Positions 46,150-57,649 of a stretch of 64,000 bases of DNA are shown here, one piece after another; within the stretch, counting starts at the first letter, position 1; every line of letters starts with the position of its first letter. The DNA is from Macrostomum lignano (Eukaryota). The notes beneath the pieces are model-generated. The model was not told the DNA's origin. It saw nothing but the letters and a program-made list of their open reading frames with translations, and searched no databases. A program made the translations under genes and the position numbers. The DNA is taken from NCBI GenBank assembly GCA_002269645.1, contig NIVC01000349.1, positions 434,001 to 498,000 on the forward strand, written 5' to 3'.

Positions 46150-46813
46150 AATATACTTTTTTGCGATTGAATTCGTCCAAACTGCAAAACCTTTCGTCCA
46201 CAAATGCTTTCTTAATGGGAGCTAAACTTAGATTATACCATAGACAACTGAGTTCACGCAAAACGGTTCATCCAGTTTGTAAAACATTTCGTCCCCTAGA
46301 CTAGAGACCGACCGAGTGTACTGTTCCTACCATAGTTAACACCCAATTGACAGTTCGCTTTTGCTACCACTACAGCTACAGCAACGCATATCTTCCATTC
46401 TGAACCCGGCAAAACAGTCGAAGATGAACCGAGGCCTGGCGGATGCACATTTTGAAGAGAGAGGTCGAAGCTGCACTGCACGTGATTACACAGGAGAAGT
46501 GCCAGCAATGGACCAATCACACGGTGGGTTACTACGCCCGCTGTTTGGACTACGAAGACATTTTGAACTAACATTCTAACAAGAGACACTGTTTTTGCTT
46601 TGTTCAATATCTCGTGATATCAAATAAGGTCGCTCCGTTTAGCTGTTAGCTGTTTGGACGTAGGGTATAGACGAAATGTTTTACAGGCTGGATGAACCGT
46701 TTTGCGTGAACTCAGTTGTCTATGGTATGATCTAAATTTAGCTCCCATTAAGAAAGCATTTGTGGACGAAAGGTTTTGCAGTTTGGACGAATTCAATCGC
46801 AAAAAAGTATATT
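46150..46813 (+). mobile_element. Non-autonomous Tc1/IS630-like DNA transposon
   Basis: Near-perfect TIRs of about 150 bp (46150-46300 vs 46660-46813) ending in TA. The interior encodes WRMHILKREVEAALHVITQEKCQQWTNHTVGYYARCLDYEDIL stop, resembling Tc1/IS630 transposase C-termini, preceded by a degenerate LNP motif. Confidence 0.75.
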
Positions 46814-48222
46814 ATAAATCACTAAACATCTGACCTTGTTTAGCATTTTGTTATGTACGTCTTATGCTACATTGTGGATTGCAGTCCTAACTCGTTGAAA
46901 GTGGTCAAAACCATAGATAGAATAGATTGACTCGAGGCAAGTCAGACTTTATAGGGCTTTGCATTGCGTTGTGTACGCTCGTATGTGCGTTCTGGGAGTA
47001 ACTTACAAGTACAACATTGCCATTGAAATATTTATTTACCTCTCGCTTCGTGTACTCTTGAGTCTCTTCAGCTTTCATTCTCCAACTTGAGCACAGGATC
47101 AGGCCTCCAAAACAGCAGCATCATTAAAAAAATCAGCAAAGAGATTGACTTCTAACGAAAATGAAATCCAGGAAGATGATGCGGTGATGGGGCTCAAGGG
47201 CTCGGTCCTTTCGTGCCCCTTTCCCAGACCCGGGTTCGCGTGCTGACCCTGGCTGCGGTCCTCCACCGACACGCGTACGACGCAGTGTCCGTCGGGACTA
47301 GGCTGCTCGAGCGTACGACGCAGAGCTGCTTGGGGTGGGACCGGCGTACAACGCACTTAATCCCCCTAAGGTGCCTAGTACAGAGGCAGACCCAAATGAC
47401 TTGCAAATTGGAAGGCTTACCAGCCGCGATTTCGGTCGTACAACAAGACACAGCGCCGTCAGAGCAGTGGTACTCGTAGGATTGATCGATATTCTTTTAA
47501 TTGTATTTGTATCGCAATTAACGCTGGCACAATCCCCGGGGAGCCACGAAGACGACGAGAATGGGCTCTCAAGGGGGTCCGAATAAATAGGCAGCAAACT
47601 GGGGGTTGAGGGTGCGGGATAAAGGCAGAAAAGGGGGCTTAGACATCAGCATAGGAAAAACATGAGCCGTACCAGCCAATCGCCGGGGCGCAGCACGGCA
47701 GACTGGGACTGGCAGCCAATCACAAACAGGGGTGGGGCAGCAAAGCTAACAAAAGAATGGGGCGGGGTCACACGGGGCGCACACAGAGCAAGGGGGGGGG
47801 GGTTGACTAAACGGAAAAGGCCTAGGCAGGGAGGGGGGGTACGCACGCGCAGAAGTGCAGGTGGGTGAGTCAGAAAATATCTAAGGAGGGGGAGAGGACG
47901 GCCAACTGGCCCGGCGTAGCAAACTAGCAAAGTACACACAGTCATAATAACACATTCATGACAATCAACTAGACGTCGACTGAAATGGGGTGTCCTGCAT
48001 GTAAACAACGTGCCAGAGCAGCTGATTTCGCCATCATGCCGTTGTACTCGGGCAAGAAAACTTCTGTGTCAATTCCAGATGGCCTCAATCGGCCTCGAGA
48101 CATTCTGTTGTGCTCCAGAGAGATACGTTCTCGCTGTTCGTGTTTGTTCTGGTGCTAAACTCGGTGCTGCAAACTGCATGCTTTGCTTACGATCGCGATG
48201 AATGAATCACCGTGCCAGGCCG

Positions 48223-50818
48223 GGCTACCGGACATTTGCCCTCCGGCATTTGCCCTCCGGACATTTGCCCTCCGGCATTTCCCCTCCGGACATTTGCCCT
48301 CGAGGACATTTGCCCTCGGGGACATTTGCCCTCCGGACATTTGCCCTCCGGACATTTGCCCTCGGGGACATTTGCCCTCCGGACATTTGCCCTCCGGACA
48401 TTTGCCCTCCGGACGTTTGCCCTCAAGACATTTCCCCTCTGGAAATGAAATTTCTCCACAATCATGAAACAAAAAAATTTCCCTTCAGTGTGTGTCCAAA
48501 CAAGTAAGTACATGTACACAAATGTACAAGAATTGCGAGAGAAAAGTCTAAAGTCTTAAGCTTTTGAGACACTTAAGTTTTTCTTAACGGTATTATTGTT
48601 TTATTTATTAATATAACGGTTTTCATCAACTTTTTAACAGCAAAGTTTTAAAACAAAGTTTTGAGTTTTTAGGAAACGGTTAAGTTTTTTTGAACGATAT
48701 TATTGTTTTTGTTATCAAGCGCGTCTAGTAAGTATTATCTTGATAATTATTGCGCAGGTTCAGCGAGTGAGTGAGGTGGGAGAAAGTGATAACAGGTCAG
48801 CGGGTCAGCAAAAATAAAAGTAAATCACGATTGAAAAAAAATGCATGTTATGTGCAATATGCGTGAGCGAAGCCTCTTAGGTAGCACAGCAGTGGATGGT
48901 CCGCATGCTCGACAGGCACCTCCAGCCAGGCGTGCTGGTACGTCGCCGCCAATCGCTGCAGCCGCTGGTCGCGCGCCTTCCATACCTGGCGCTGGGCGTC
49001 GGTGCAGCACCGGCTAGCAGGCCATTAATTGAGGTGTTGGTCAGGCCCAGCTGCTTTTTTATCCAATCGGTGTGGCGCCAGATGGTTGGATTGGATGCGG
49101 CTAGCGAGGACGACATGCCCTGGTGGAAGCCTTCGACCTTGTTATTGGTGCGGGGACGAACGGCCATAACGCGCTCATACATATTCCACTTCTCGTGGCC
49201 AAAGCGTGGCGGGCGACGCTGCTGATTACGACGGCGAGGCCGGGCTCCGATGTAAGTCGACTCGAAGTAGGTATCAATTAAATCGCTAAGCCAGTCGTGA
49301 TTGTCGGCTAGCCATTGTGCCAGCAGCTCAAATGCAGCAATGATGTCGGGCAGGGGCACATAAGCCAGTGCTGTGAGCATCTTAGCCAGCACCCTGTTGT
49401 CTTGGCTGGCCTGGTACTGCTGTAGCGCCCGCTGGTCTTGCTGAATGTGCCGGAAAACGGCCTGGCTGAAGTGAAAATAGCACCCACTAGTCTCTACATT
49501 GGGGTACACCTCATGAGCTGCATTCATCGCTGCCATTTCAAAGTCTGTGAGTAGCCTTTGTGGACCCTCTGACTGCGCCAGCTGGCCCACCTTGCGGTAC
49601 AACCGCTCCATCGTGACTTGCGTCTTGTCGGGCAGCAGCGCCAGCACCAGCGGCTCAAGCGACCCGTTTACGTCGCCGTGCAGGCTGTAAAGCTGGGCGA
49701 AGAGCGCCGGCGCCGCGTCAAAGGTTCCATCACCCTGCCACTCCTCACTTCGGCCCAGCAGACGGATGGAGCGATCAGTCGCAAAAATCAAGATGCGCTC
49801 ATTGCCTGGCTCTTCTAGAATGCTGTCCCACTTGAGCACATCTTCTGCCCGGCCATTCAGCTCCATCACCGTGAAGCGCTCTGGGAAGACGATCTCGCCT
49901 CGGCTGGCTGGCTGTACCAGATGCTCGCCTTCGCGCTGGCGACGGATAGTCCGCTTGGCATTTTCAACAGAGAAAAGTGCCTCTGCAGCTTCGGACATGC
50001 CACCCGCTGCCTCCTGCAGCACTTGCACAGTCGTCTCCACTGTCTCACCGGCACGTGTCCTAATTCGGTCGTAAACTTGCAGGCGCTCGATCTTACCATC
50101 GTCGCCTTCATGCGTGTGTTCACCTAGGCGCCGGCGAATGACAGCTGGCTGCGTCGTGTCCGGGAAAGAGAGCGTATACACAGCGGCCCGGCAGCGGCCG
50201 CCTCTGTACAACTCGCAGACCCAGCGCCACTCGCCTTCGCCTGTAACTCGCTTGTCGGTGTAAAACCTGCGGCCATTTTCAACCAAAACATCTTTGCCTT
50301 TAGAGCTCTTAATGTAAAAAGCCATGATTTCTTTCGGAGGAATCTTGTATTCTTTAAGAGCCAAGATCAATCACTTATATAGTAAAATGGTCAGACTTTC
50401 GGCCATAGACTGTTGACAGTACAGGTAAGGCTGGGGATAGGGTAGGGCGCGGGTATATATTGCTTACTAGAAAAGGATGAGTTGTTGGCTGGAGAAGAAC
50501 CTGATGGATGCAAGAGGCGGGAGGATGAGGTTGGTGCTGGAGGAACGACGGGTGGGTACAGGAGGAGGTGAGGTGAGTAATGTGCGAGGGGGTAAATTTG
50601 CAGAGGGCAAATGTGCGGAGGGGAAATGTCCGGAGGGCAAATGTCCGGAGGGCAAATGTCCCCGAGGGCAAATGTCCCCGAGGGAAATGTCCGGAGGGCA
50701 AATGTCCGGAGGGGAAATGTCCCGGAGGGCAAATGTCCGGAGGGCAAACGCCGCCGAGGGGAAGTGCCGGAGGGCAAGTGCCGGAGGGGAAGTGCCGGAG
50801 GGCAAATGTCCGGAAGCG
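48223..50818 (-). mobile_element. Full-length Mutator-like (MULE) DNA transposon with tandem-repeat TIRs and 9-bp TSD
   Basis: GCCAGGCCG is duplicated at 48214-48222 and 50819-50827. The ends are inverted arrays of an approximately 15-bp GGACATTTGCCCTCC unit (about 48223-48440 and 50600-50818). Contains a transposase ORF. Confidence 0.93.
48848..50325 (-). CDS. FLYWCH-MULE transposase with a frameshift near the C-terminus
   Basis: FLYWCH-like N-terminus (KGKDVLVENG.RF...WRWVC...C...H.H), WQGDGTF, LTDFE, GCYFHF, PRTNNKVEGFH. The expected tail (ARDQRLQRL...LLCYLRGFAH, stop at 48848) is in a shifted frame from about 48995-49002. Confidence 0.88.
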
Positions 50819-51992
50819 GCCAGGCCGGCTAGTCCAATCAACCTGTCACGCCGTAGGCGACTTCACCTGGCAGGGCACTTTGCTAAACTGGCTGAGCTTG
50901 CAGATGACACCATCTGCTGAAACGACAGTCTGCTGGTTTATAAAGTAATAAATCCTATTAAGTATTAACGTTTATCAAATAAAGCTGATGGTTGTAAACA
51001 GTTAGTCATTTCATTTCAATAAATGCATCTTTGTTTAAATATTGTTTCAGTACTTCAGTTGATTATTTTTTTTGGTCTCACTAAAAAGCACAGTTTTTTG
51101 TTTTTGTTACTATTGTAAGTTCAAAAGTAACATGTAGTTTATTCAAAAAAATTACATTCTTTTTTCCTCCCAGCAAGGGTGGCGCAGATTGCTAGTTGGC
51201 GCTAAAATCTTTCCACGGGGTTTTCGTGACCCTCAAATATTTGGCTTAGCGACTGGAAACTGCCTGGGAATGGGACTGCTACCCCAACCTTTTTCCGAAT
51301 CTTTTCGGGATTATGCGACAATGTCATTGATCATGCAGGGTGTTGTGGCTCCGACACAAGACGCCTCCCTCCGGAAGAAAATGCTGGCTACGTCACCAGC
51401 TGGAGCGCACTCGGCGTTTCTGTTGGGGCACAATGTGACGCAGTTTTTACGCTCGAATAATTTAATAAATTTGTCAGCCTGCATTGTTGTAGTTGTTGAC
51501 TGCACATACAGTCAGAAGATCGGTGTCGCAGGAATGCCGAGTTGGCTCAGACTCTTCTCGACTCTCAGACCCTGAGAAAAGAGTCAAGAGTCAGTGAGCA
51601 GAGATATCAAGTCGACCAGCCATTGCTGTTAAAAGCAACAAGACGAAACCAGCCCGACATGTCAAGAACTCTTAGACAAATAATCAGTCAGCACCACTTG
51701 AATTGGACCTGAACTAAGTCAGGAAACTTTAGACCAAAGACATCCTCAGCGCTGCCGCCAGAGAGAAGCAGAGAGGCACAGGAGGAAATTTATTGACTCG
51801 ATTGACTATGCAACATGTCTATGGCTACCGCCAGTTCTTTTTACCCCGATGCATTTAAAGAAAACGGTCCATACACTTTAGCTCGCGCCACGCGTAGACT
51901 AAGCTAACTACAAACAAGTTTGATCTTATCAGTACTAATTGCTACGAACATCTGGGTTTTTGAGCAGGATGCTTGAAAAACCAAAGAGAAAA

Positions 51993-54148
51993 ATGCGAGC
52001 CCGACTCCGCACGGTGACCGGTGCCGCCCAGGAGGTGGCTGGCATCACGAGAACCCACGGCTTGCTGCACATATTCCTGTCCAGAAGCACAGCTCGACGG
52101 CTCTTCTGGCTGCTTCTGTTCGTAGCTGCCCTGATCGGCTGCACCGTCCACCTGGCCAAGTTGGTGCAGAAATTCACCGAGCACTCCATTGAGTCGCAGC
52201 TGAAGCTGAGGAGCAAACGAGCCCAGTTTCCCGACGTCACAATTTGCAACTTTAAGCCCGCTTCTTCATCTTTGACTCGGTTTGATGTTTATCACGACTA
52301 CTTGAAAAAATATTGGGGTAAATTCGACAACTGGTTCCAGGAGGACACCAAGAAGCGCCCGCAAGAATCGGATGAAAGCTACGAAGACCGACTTGAGACG
52401 GTGTGCAAGAAGCTCCTGGACGTGATGTGGGTGTCGGGCGACACCAGAGACATCTCCCACCTCGATAAGACCATGCTGCTGAGCTGCCGCTACAACAACG
52501 AGCCCTGCAGTCACAAGAACTTCTCGCTTGTCCAGACCAGCCGGTTCTGGAGCTGCTACACGTTCCACCCGGACCCGGGGCAGTCGTACAGCGGTCCTGG
52601 GGGCAGGGGAGCCGAGCTGGACATGGTGCTCTTCACCGATGGCTACACTGTGTCCTCTGAGCCTCATAATGACTTCCTAAATTCCGATTCTGTGGGAGTC
52701 TGCTTCAAGCGACTAATTGCGCGTCAAGGTGCGACGAACAGGTTGCTGAAAAGCAGTGATCCTCAGTCGAAAGGACTGCGACTTTTTATTCACGAGGCGC
52801 ACAGCTACCCGATGAGCCGTACGTATCATTTAATGGAGATCTTATTTGAGTTATTTTAACATTTATTGGAACATTTATAGAAAATAGTTACGTGATAACG
52901 GACACTGGAAAATCCATGCCAAACTGCAGAGACGGAGTTTGTGGACGTGGCCTCAGCCACCAGCACCTCCATCAAACTCAGGCCGGTCCACAACCGACTC
53001 ATATCGACGCCGAGCCGCAGATGCTCCGAGCCTCCAATCGAAACCATCAACTATGTCAGGCACTTCTCCAACGCCTCGCTGAACGTGGTCACCAAGGCCT
53101 ACTCAAAGTCCGTCTCCGATTTCGTAGTCGAGGCACAGCAGAGCATCCTGCACAGCAACTGCGGCTGCTATTCGCACCTGCTCCCGTTCTCGGTAAATAC
53201 GAGCGACCTGTGCTACTTCGCTCCACCGCAGGAGTGGATCACCCCATCGGATGCTGTGCTCAAGAGAATTGACTGCCATGACATCTGGCTCGAGCACGCA
53301 CAGAGGAAAAGCGAGGAGCTGGCGAAGGAGTTCCAGCACCGGATGTGGTGCCAGTTCACTCAGCAACGGCCTTGGCAGCAGAGCCGCAGGTGGCCCCCGT
53401 TCAGCGCCGTTCAAGAGATCTGGGAGAACCTGATGATGCCCCCGCAATACAGACATGGAGTCGAGTTCCTGCCCGAGGATGGCAAAGAGCATCACATATT
53501 CAGGAATATGAATGAATCTCGACAATTAGGGCAAATTTTGGTGTTTCTTACGCAAGACTATAACTGCTTTAGCTTCTTCTGCAGAAATTCGACCAGGAGT
53601 TATTATTACGAATGCAACATTTCTTTGATGCTGCAGCATCTGAAAAACATGTCCTACTGCATCTACCAAAAAACTTTGGCTGACACCCTGGCATCAGTCA
53701 GCATCAGCTTGCAGAGCCCGGGAGCTGACGTTTACAAAGAGAAGGCCGGCTACCACTGGACTGAAGCTCTGTCCGAGGTGAGGCATTTCACACATTGGCC
53801 TTAGAAATGCGGAGAGTGTTCCTGCTAATCAACATTGCAGTCGAAGTAGTTGTCTCGGGAGCTTATCAAACCAACTAATTCTCAAGTAACTTTAATGTTT
53901 TAGCAAAGAATACTGCATCAAGGACTGTCTATTTATCAAACGCGATGTTTGACGCTATTTCGAGTTTCGCATGCTCGATCAATGATTGGTTGGTGCCGTT
54001 TGAAATCCCACAGGTTGGAGGAACTCTGGGGCTCTGGCTGGGAATCAGCGTTGTCAGCACGTTCGAGCTGCTCGAGTTTTTCTACATCCTGGCGCAGCGC
54101 TGCCGCGGCGGAACGACCGGCTCGGAGTCCGAGGGGTCTCCAGACTGA
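51993..54148 (+). CDS. DEG/ENaC channel subunit, paralogue B, 3 exons, 602 aa
   Basis: Exons 51993-52818, 52930-53777 and 54014-54148 join in frame, with the same intron positions and motifs as copy A (FPDVTICN, GGTLGLWLGIS). An in-frame upstream ATG at 51969 is possible. Confidence 0.93.
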
Positions 54149-54162
54149 AGCAAAAACTGTCC

Positions 54163-54176
54163 GTTGCTATGGCAAC
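54163..54176. promoter_or_regulatory. RFX X-box-like motif GTTGCTATGGCAAC just downstream of the ENaC-B stop
   Basis: Matches the RFX X-box consensus. The equivalent site in copy A is GTTGCCATAGAAAC (34160-34173). Function is not shown. Confidence 0.4.
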
Positions 54177-54452
54177 TGTGAAGCCCCTCAAACTTTTGCT
54201 GGTGACCAATGTTTAAACATTTTAAAGGGTCGCCAATCTCAGAAACGTTTCATTTTTTCGAAAGCTTGTTTTTGAAAATATAAAAGTCTGGAAAGCTTCG
54301 ATTCCTTCTCAGTAGAAAGGCTGGCAAGCCATGCAACAGTTTATTTGCGTTCTTAACCACACAAAAGGAATTGTCAATAAGAACAATGCAGCCTTGCCTG
54401 CTCTCTTCTGCGTTGAGCTTTGATTGTTTCTATTTAATACTAGCGCGTATAT

Positions 54453-54700
54453 CAGGGGTCTGCAAACTACGGCCCCGAAGCCTCTCAATCCGGCCCTCGG
54501 GTCTTTGAGACTTTACAAAAGCAATCCGGCCCGCTCAAGGCAAGTTCTCTCCTCTCTCCTCTCTCGTCTCCTCTCCTCTCTCGTCTCCTCTCCTTTCTCG
54601 CCTCCTCTCCTCTCTCGTCTCCTCTCCTCTCTCTTGTTTTCTCTCCTCGCTCTTCTCTTCTCTCCCTCTCTTATCTTATTTTCTATCTCATCTCTTTTCT
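54453..54700. mobile_element. Second copy of the hAT-type MITE, opposite orientation, one clear end
   Basis: CAGGGGTCTGCAAACTACGGCCC...CAAAAGCAATCCGGCCC followed by a CT-rich tract (54540-54700). The other terminus was not recognised. Confidence 0.55.
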
Positions 54701-55149
54701 CGCATATTTTTGTACTGTAATAACTCGTAATATAAGAAAGAATCGCGGTCTTGTCGCCGATGCGTGTCGCCTCGGCGCTTTGATCGCTGCTTAATTTGCC
54801 GCGCCGACCCGGTCATGAGCCGACATATCGGCTGCTTGGCTTACGAGTCAGGTCGGAATGCGAGCCGGGTTGAGTTTCGGTCACCCTGTAGACCACGACA
54901 ATTCTGTTCGGATCACCTTGCAGAAGCTCCATCCGGTGACCGCGAGTGCATCGTCTCGTCCTCGTTGAGAGTGCAGTTTGGATCGACAGTTGCTTGTGAT
55001 GGATCTCCCGGCTCGCCAGGCAGTCATCAAACTCGTGGCCAACTGCAGGGGTCCATTTTCGGTTTTAAGGCTCTTCAAGATGCCCCAACTTGACCAGATG
55101 ACATCGAGCAAGTCGACGACTAATCTTAGTTAGGACTGATTAGAGAAGC

Positions 55150-56790
55150 GCTGTGTCACACCCTCTGTCTGCTGTGTCTCAACCTCTATCCGCTGTGTCT
55201 CACCCTCAATCCGCTGTGTCTCACCCTCAATCCGCTGTGTCTCACCCTCAATCCGCTGTGTCTGACCCTCAATCCGCTGTGTCTCACCCTCAATCCGCTG
55301 TGTCTGACCCTCAATCCGCTGTGTCTCACCCTCAATCCGCTGTGTCTCACCCTCAATCCGCTGTGTCTGACCCTCAATCCGCTGTGTCTGACCCTCAATC
55401 CGCTGTGTCTGACCCTCAATCCACTGTGTCTGACCCTCAATCCGCTGTGTCTCACCCTCAATCCGCTGTGTCTGACCCTCAATCCGCTGTGTCTGACCCT
55501 CAATCCGCTGTGTCTGACCCTCAATCCACTGTGTCTGACCCTCAATCCGCTGTGTCTCACCCTCAATCCGCTGTGTCTGACCCTCAATCCGCTGTGTCTC
55601 ACCCTCAATCCGCTGTGTCTGACCCTCAATCCGCTGTGTCTGACCCTCAATCCGCTGTGTCTCACCCTCAATCCGCTGTGTCTCACCCTCAATCCGCTGT
55701 GTCTGACCCTCAATCCGCTGTGTCTGACCCTCAATCCGCTGTGTCTGACCCTCAATCCACTGTGTCTGACCCTCAATCCGCTGTGTCTCACCCTCAATCC
55801 GCTGTGTCTGACCCTCAATCCGCTGTGTCTCACCCTCAATCCGCTGTGTCTCACCCTCAATCCGCTGTGTCTCACACTCAATCCGCTGTGTCTGACCCTC
55901 AATCCGCTGTGTCTGACCCTCAATCCGCTGTGTCTGAACCTCTATCTGCTGTGTCTCACCCTCAATCCGCTGTGTCTCACCCTCAATCCGCTGTGTCTCA
56001 CCCTCAATCCGCTGTGTCTCACCCTCAATCCGCTGTGTCTCACCCTCAATCCGCTGTGTCTCACCCTCAATCCGCTGTGTCTCAATCCCTCACCCTCAAT
56101 CCGCTGTGTCTCACCCTCAATCCGCTGTGTCTGACCCTCAATCCGCTGTGTCTGACCCTCAATCCGCTGTGTCTCACCCTCAATCCGCTGTGTCTGACCC
56201 TCAATCCGCTGTGTCTCACCCTCAATCCGCTGTGTCTCACCCTCAATCCGCTGTGTCTCACCCTCAATCCGCTGTGTCTCACCCTCAATCCGCTGTGTCT
56301 CACCCTCAATCCGCTGTGTCTCACCCTCAATCCGCTGTGTCTCACCCTCAATCCGCTGTGTCTCACCCTCAATCCGCTGTGTCTCACCCTCAATCCGCTG
56401 TGTCTCACCCTCAATCCGCTGTGTCTCACCCTCAATCCGCTGTGTCTCACCCTCAATCCGCTGTGTCTCACCCTCAATCCGCTGTGTCTCACCCTCAATC
56501 CGCTGTGTCTCACCCTCAATCCGCTGTGTCTGACCCTCAATCCGCTGTGTCTCACCCTCAATCCGCTGTGTCTCACCCTCAATCCGCTGTGTCTCACCCT
56601 CAATCCGCTGTGTCTCACCCTCAATCCGCTGTGTCTCACCCTCAATCCGCTGTGTCTCACCCCCAATCCGCTGTGTCTCACCCTCAATCCGCTGTGTCTC
56701 ACCCTCAATCCGCTGTGTCTCACCCTCTATCTGCTGTGTCTCACCCTCAATCCGCTGTATTTAACCCTCTATCTGCTGTTTCTCAGGAGA
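55150..56790 (+). repeat. 21-bp minisatellite (about 78 copies), left arm of an inverted pair
   Basis: Unit T(C/G)ACCCTCAATCCGCTGTGTC. Confidence 0.97.
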
Positions 56791-56879
56791 GAGGAGAGAG
56801 AAGAAAGAGGAGATAAGGGAGAGACGTGAGATGGGAGAGAAGCGAGAGGAGAGAAGAGGGCTGAGCAGAGAAACAAACC

Positions 56880-57070
56880 CTGAGCAGGCCGGATTAGAAT
56901 CGGCCTCAGCAACCCATCTGGTGCATGAGAATCGGCCTCAGCAACCCATCTGGTGCATGAGAATCGGCCTCAGCACTCATCTGGTGCATGAGAATCGGCC
57001 TCAGCAACCCATCTGGTGCATGAGAATCGGCCTCAGCTTTCATGTCAGTTCATGTCAGTTCATGTCAGTT
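56880..57070. repeat. 32-bp minisatellite plus short (CATGTCAGTT)n
   Basis: Unit GAGAATCGGCCTCAGCAACCCATCTGGTGCAT, about 4 copies. Confidence 0.88.
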
Positions 57071-57120
57071 CATATCAGTTTTCATGTACATCAACGCATT
57101 TTGAATGGTCCATGCCTCAC

Positions 57121-57649
57121 TCAGTATTCGAGTTGCTGGTGGAAAAGCATCAGGATCTGATCCTCAGTCAGAACCCGGTTGGTCACGGCGACAGCCTTGA
57201 TGACTCCGCTGGGCCAGAGTTTGCCAGCCCATCTTCAAGCAGAAACTCTTTCCACTGTTTGCAGTCGTATTTGAAGCAGAAAAACTTTCTGCCTCGGGAA
57301 AAAAATCCGATTTGACAAAGAATTGAGTCCTGCCTGCGGTCGTGTCCCGAACCACACCGACAGTGAAGAATTGGTCAGAGTTGGCGGGCAGGACAGATCC
57401 GTAGATAATTTTCATTAGTGGAATCAACTTTAAGCATAGGCTTATATTCTTCCCAAAAAATCGAATGTCCTCTTTGCTAGCGTTGCAGCAACTGCCCCAT
57501 GACATGTAGCTCTGCTTTCCTGGAGTTCTCTTCAGGTGCAGCACCCAGGTGTAGGACGCCGTGAAGTCCAGACCTGCGGTGTTTTCTAACCCGAGACTAT
57601 GCATCGCCATGAATTTTATGATGGTTGGACAGAGGCGAGAAGTCTGCAT
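57121..57649 (-). pseudogene. Truncated and frameshifted paralogue of the 59149-60159 LamG-like domain
   Basis: Shares GLDFT[AV]SYTWVLHLKRTPG and SVLPA...FF..GV with the 59-60 kb gene. After MGW the homologous tail (GVIKAVAVTNRVLTEDQILMLFHQQLEY stop, ending at 57121) is in another frame, so there is a frameshift near 57220. No signal-peptide region is seen. An assembly indel cannot be excluded. Confidence 0.65.

Noticed and set aside
46860-48200. Possible degenerate LTR or other repeat (CCAAT boxes; GAGGGTGC..GGGATA..AAGGCA similar to the reverse of 41720-41750)
   Set aside because: Similarity is too short, and no termini, TSD or coding remnant could be defined.
55153-56829. 558-aa SHPQSAV/LTLNPLC repeat ORF and its antisense RVRHSGL ORFs
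   Set aside because: Translation of a 21-bp satellite; the ORF changes frame where the array slips.
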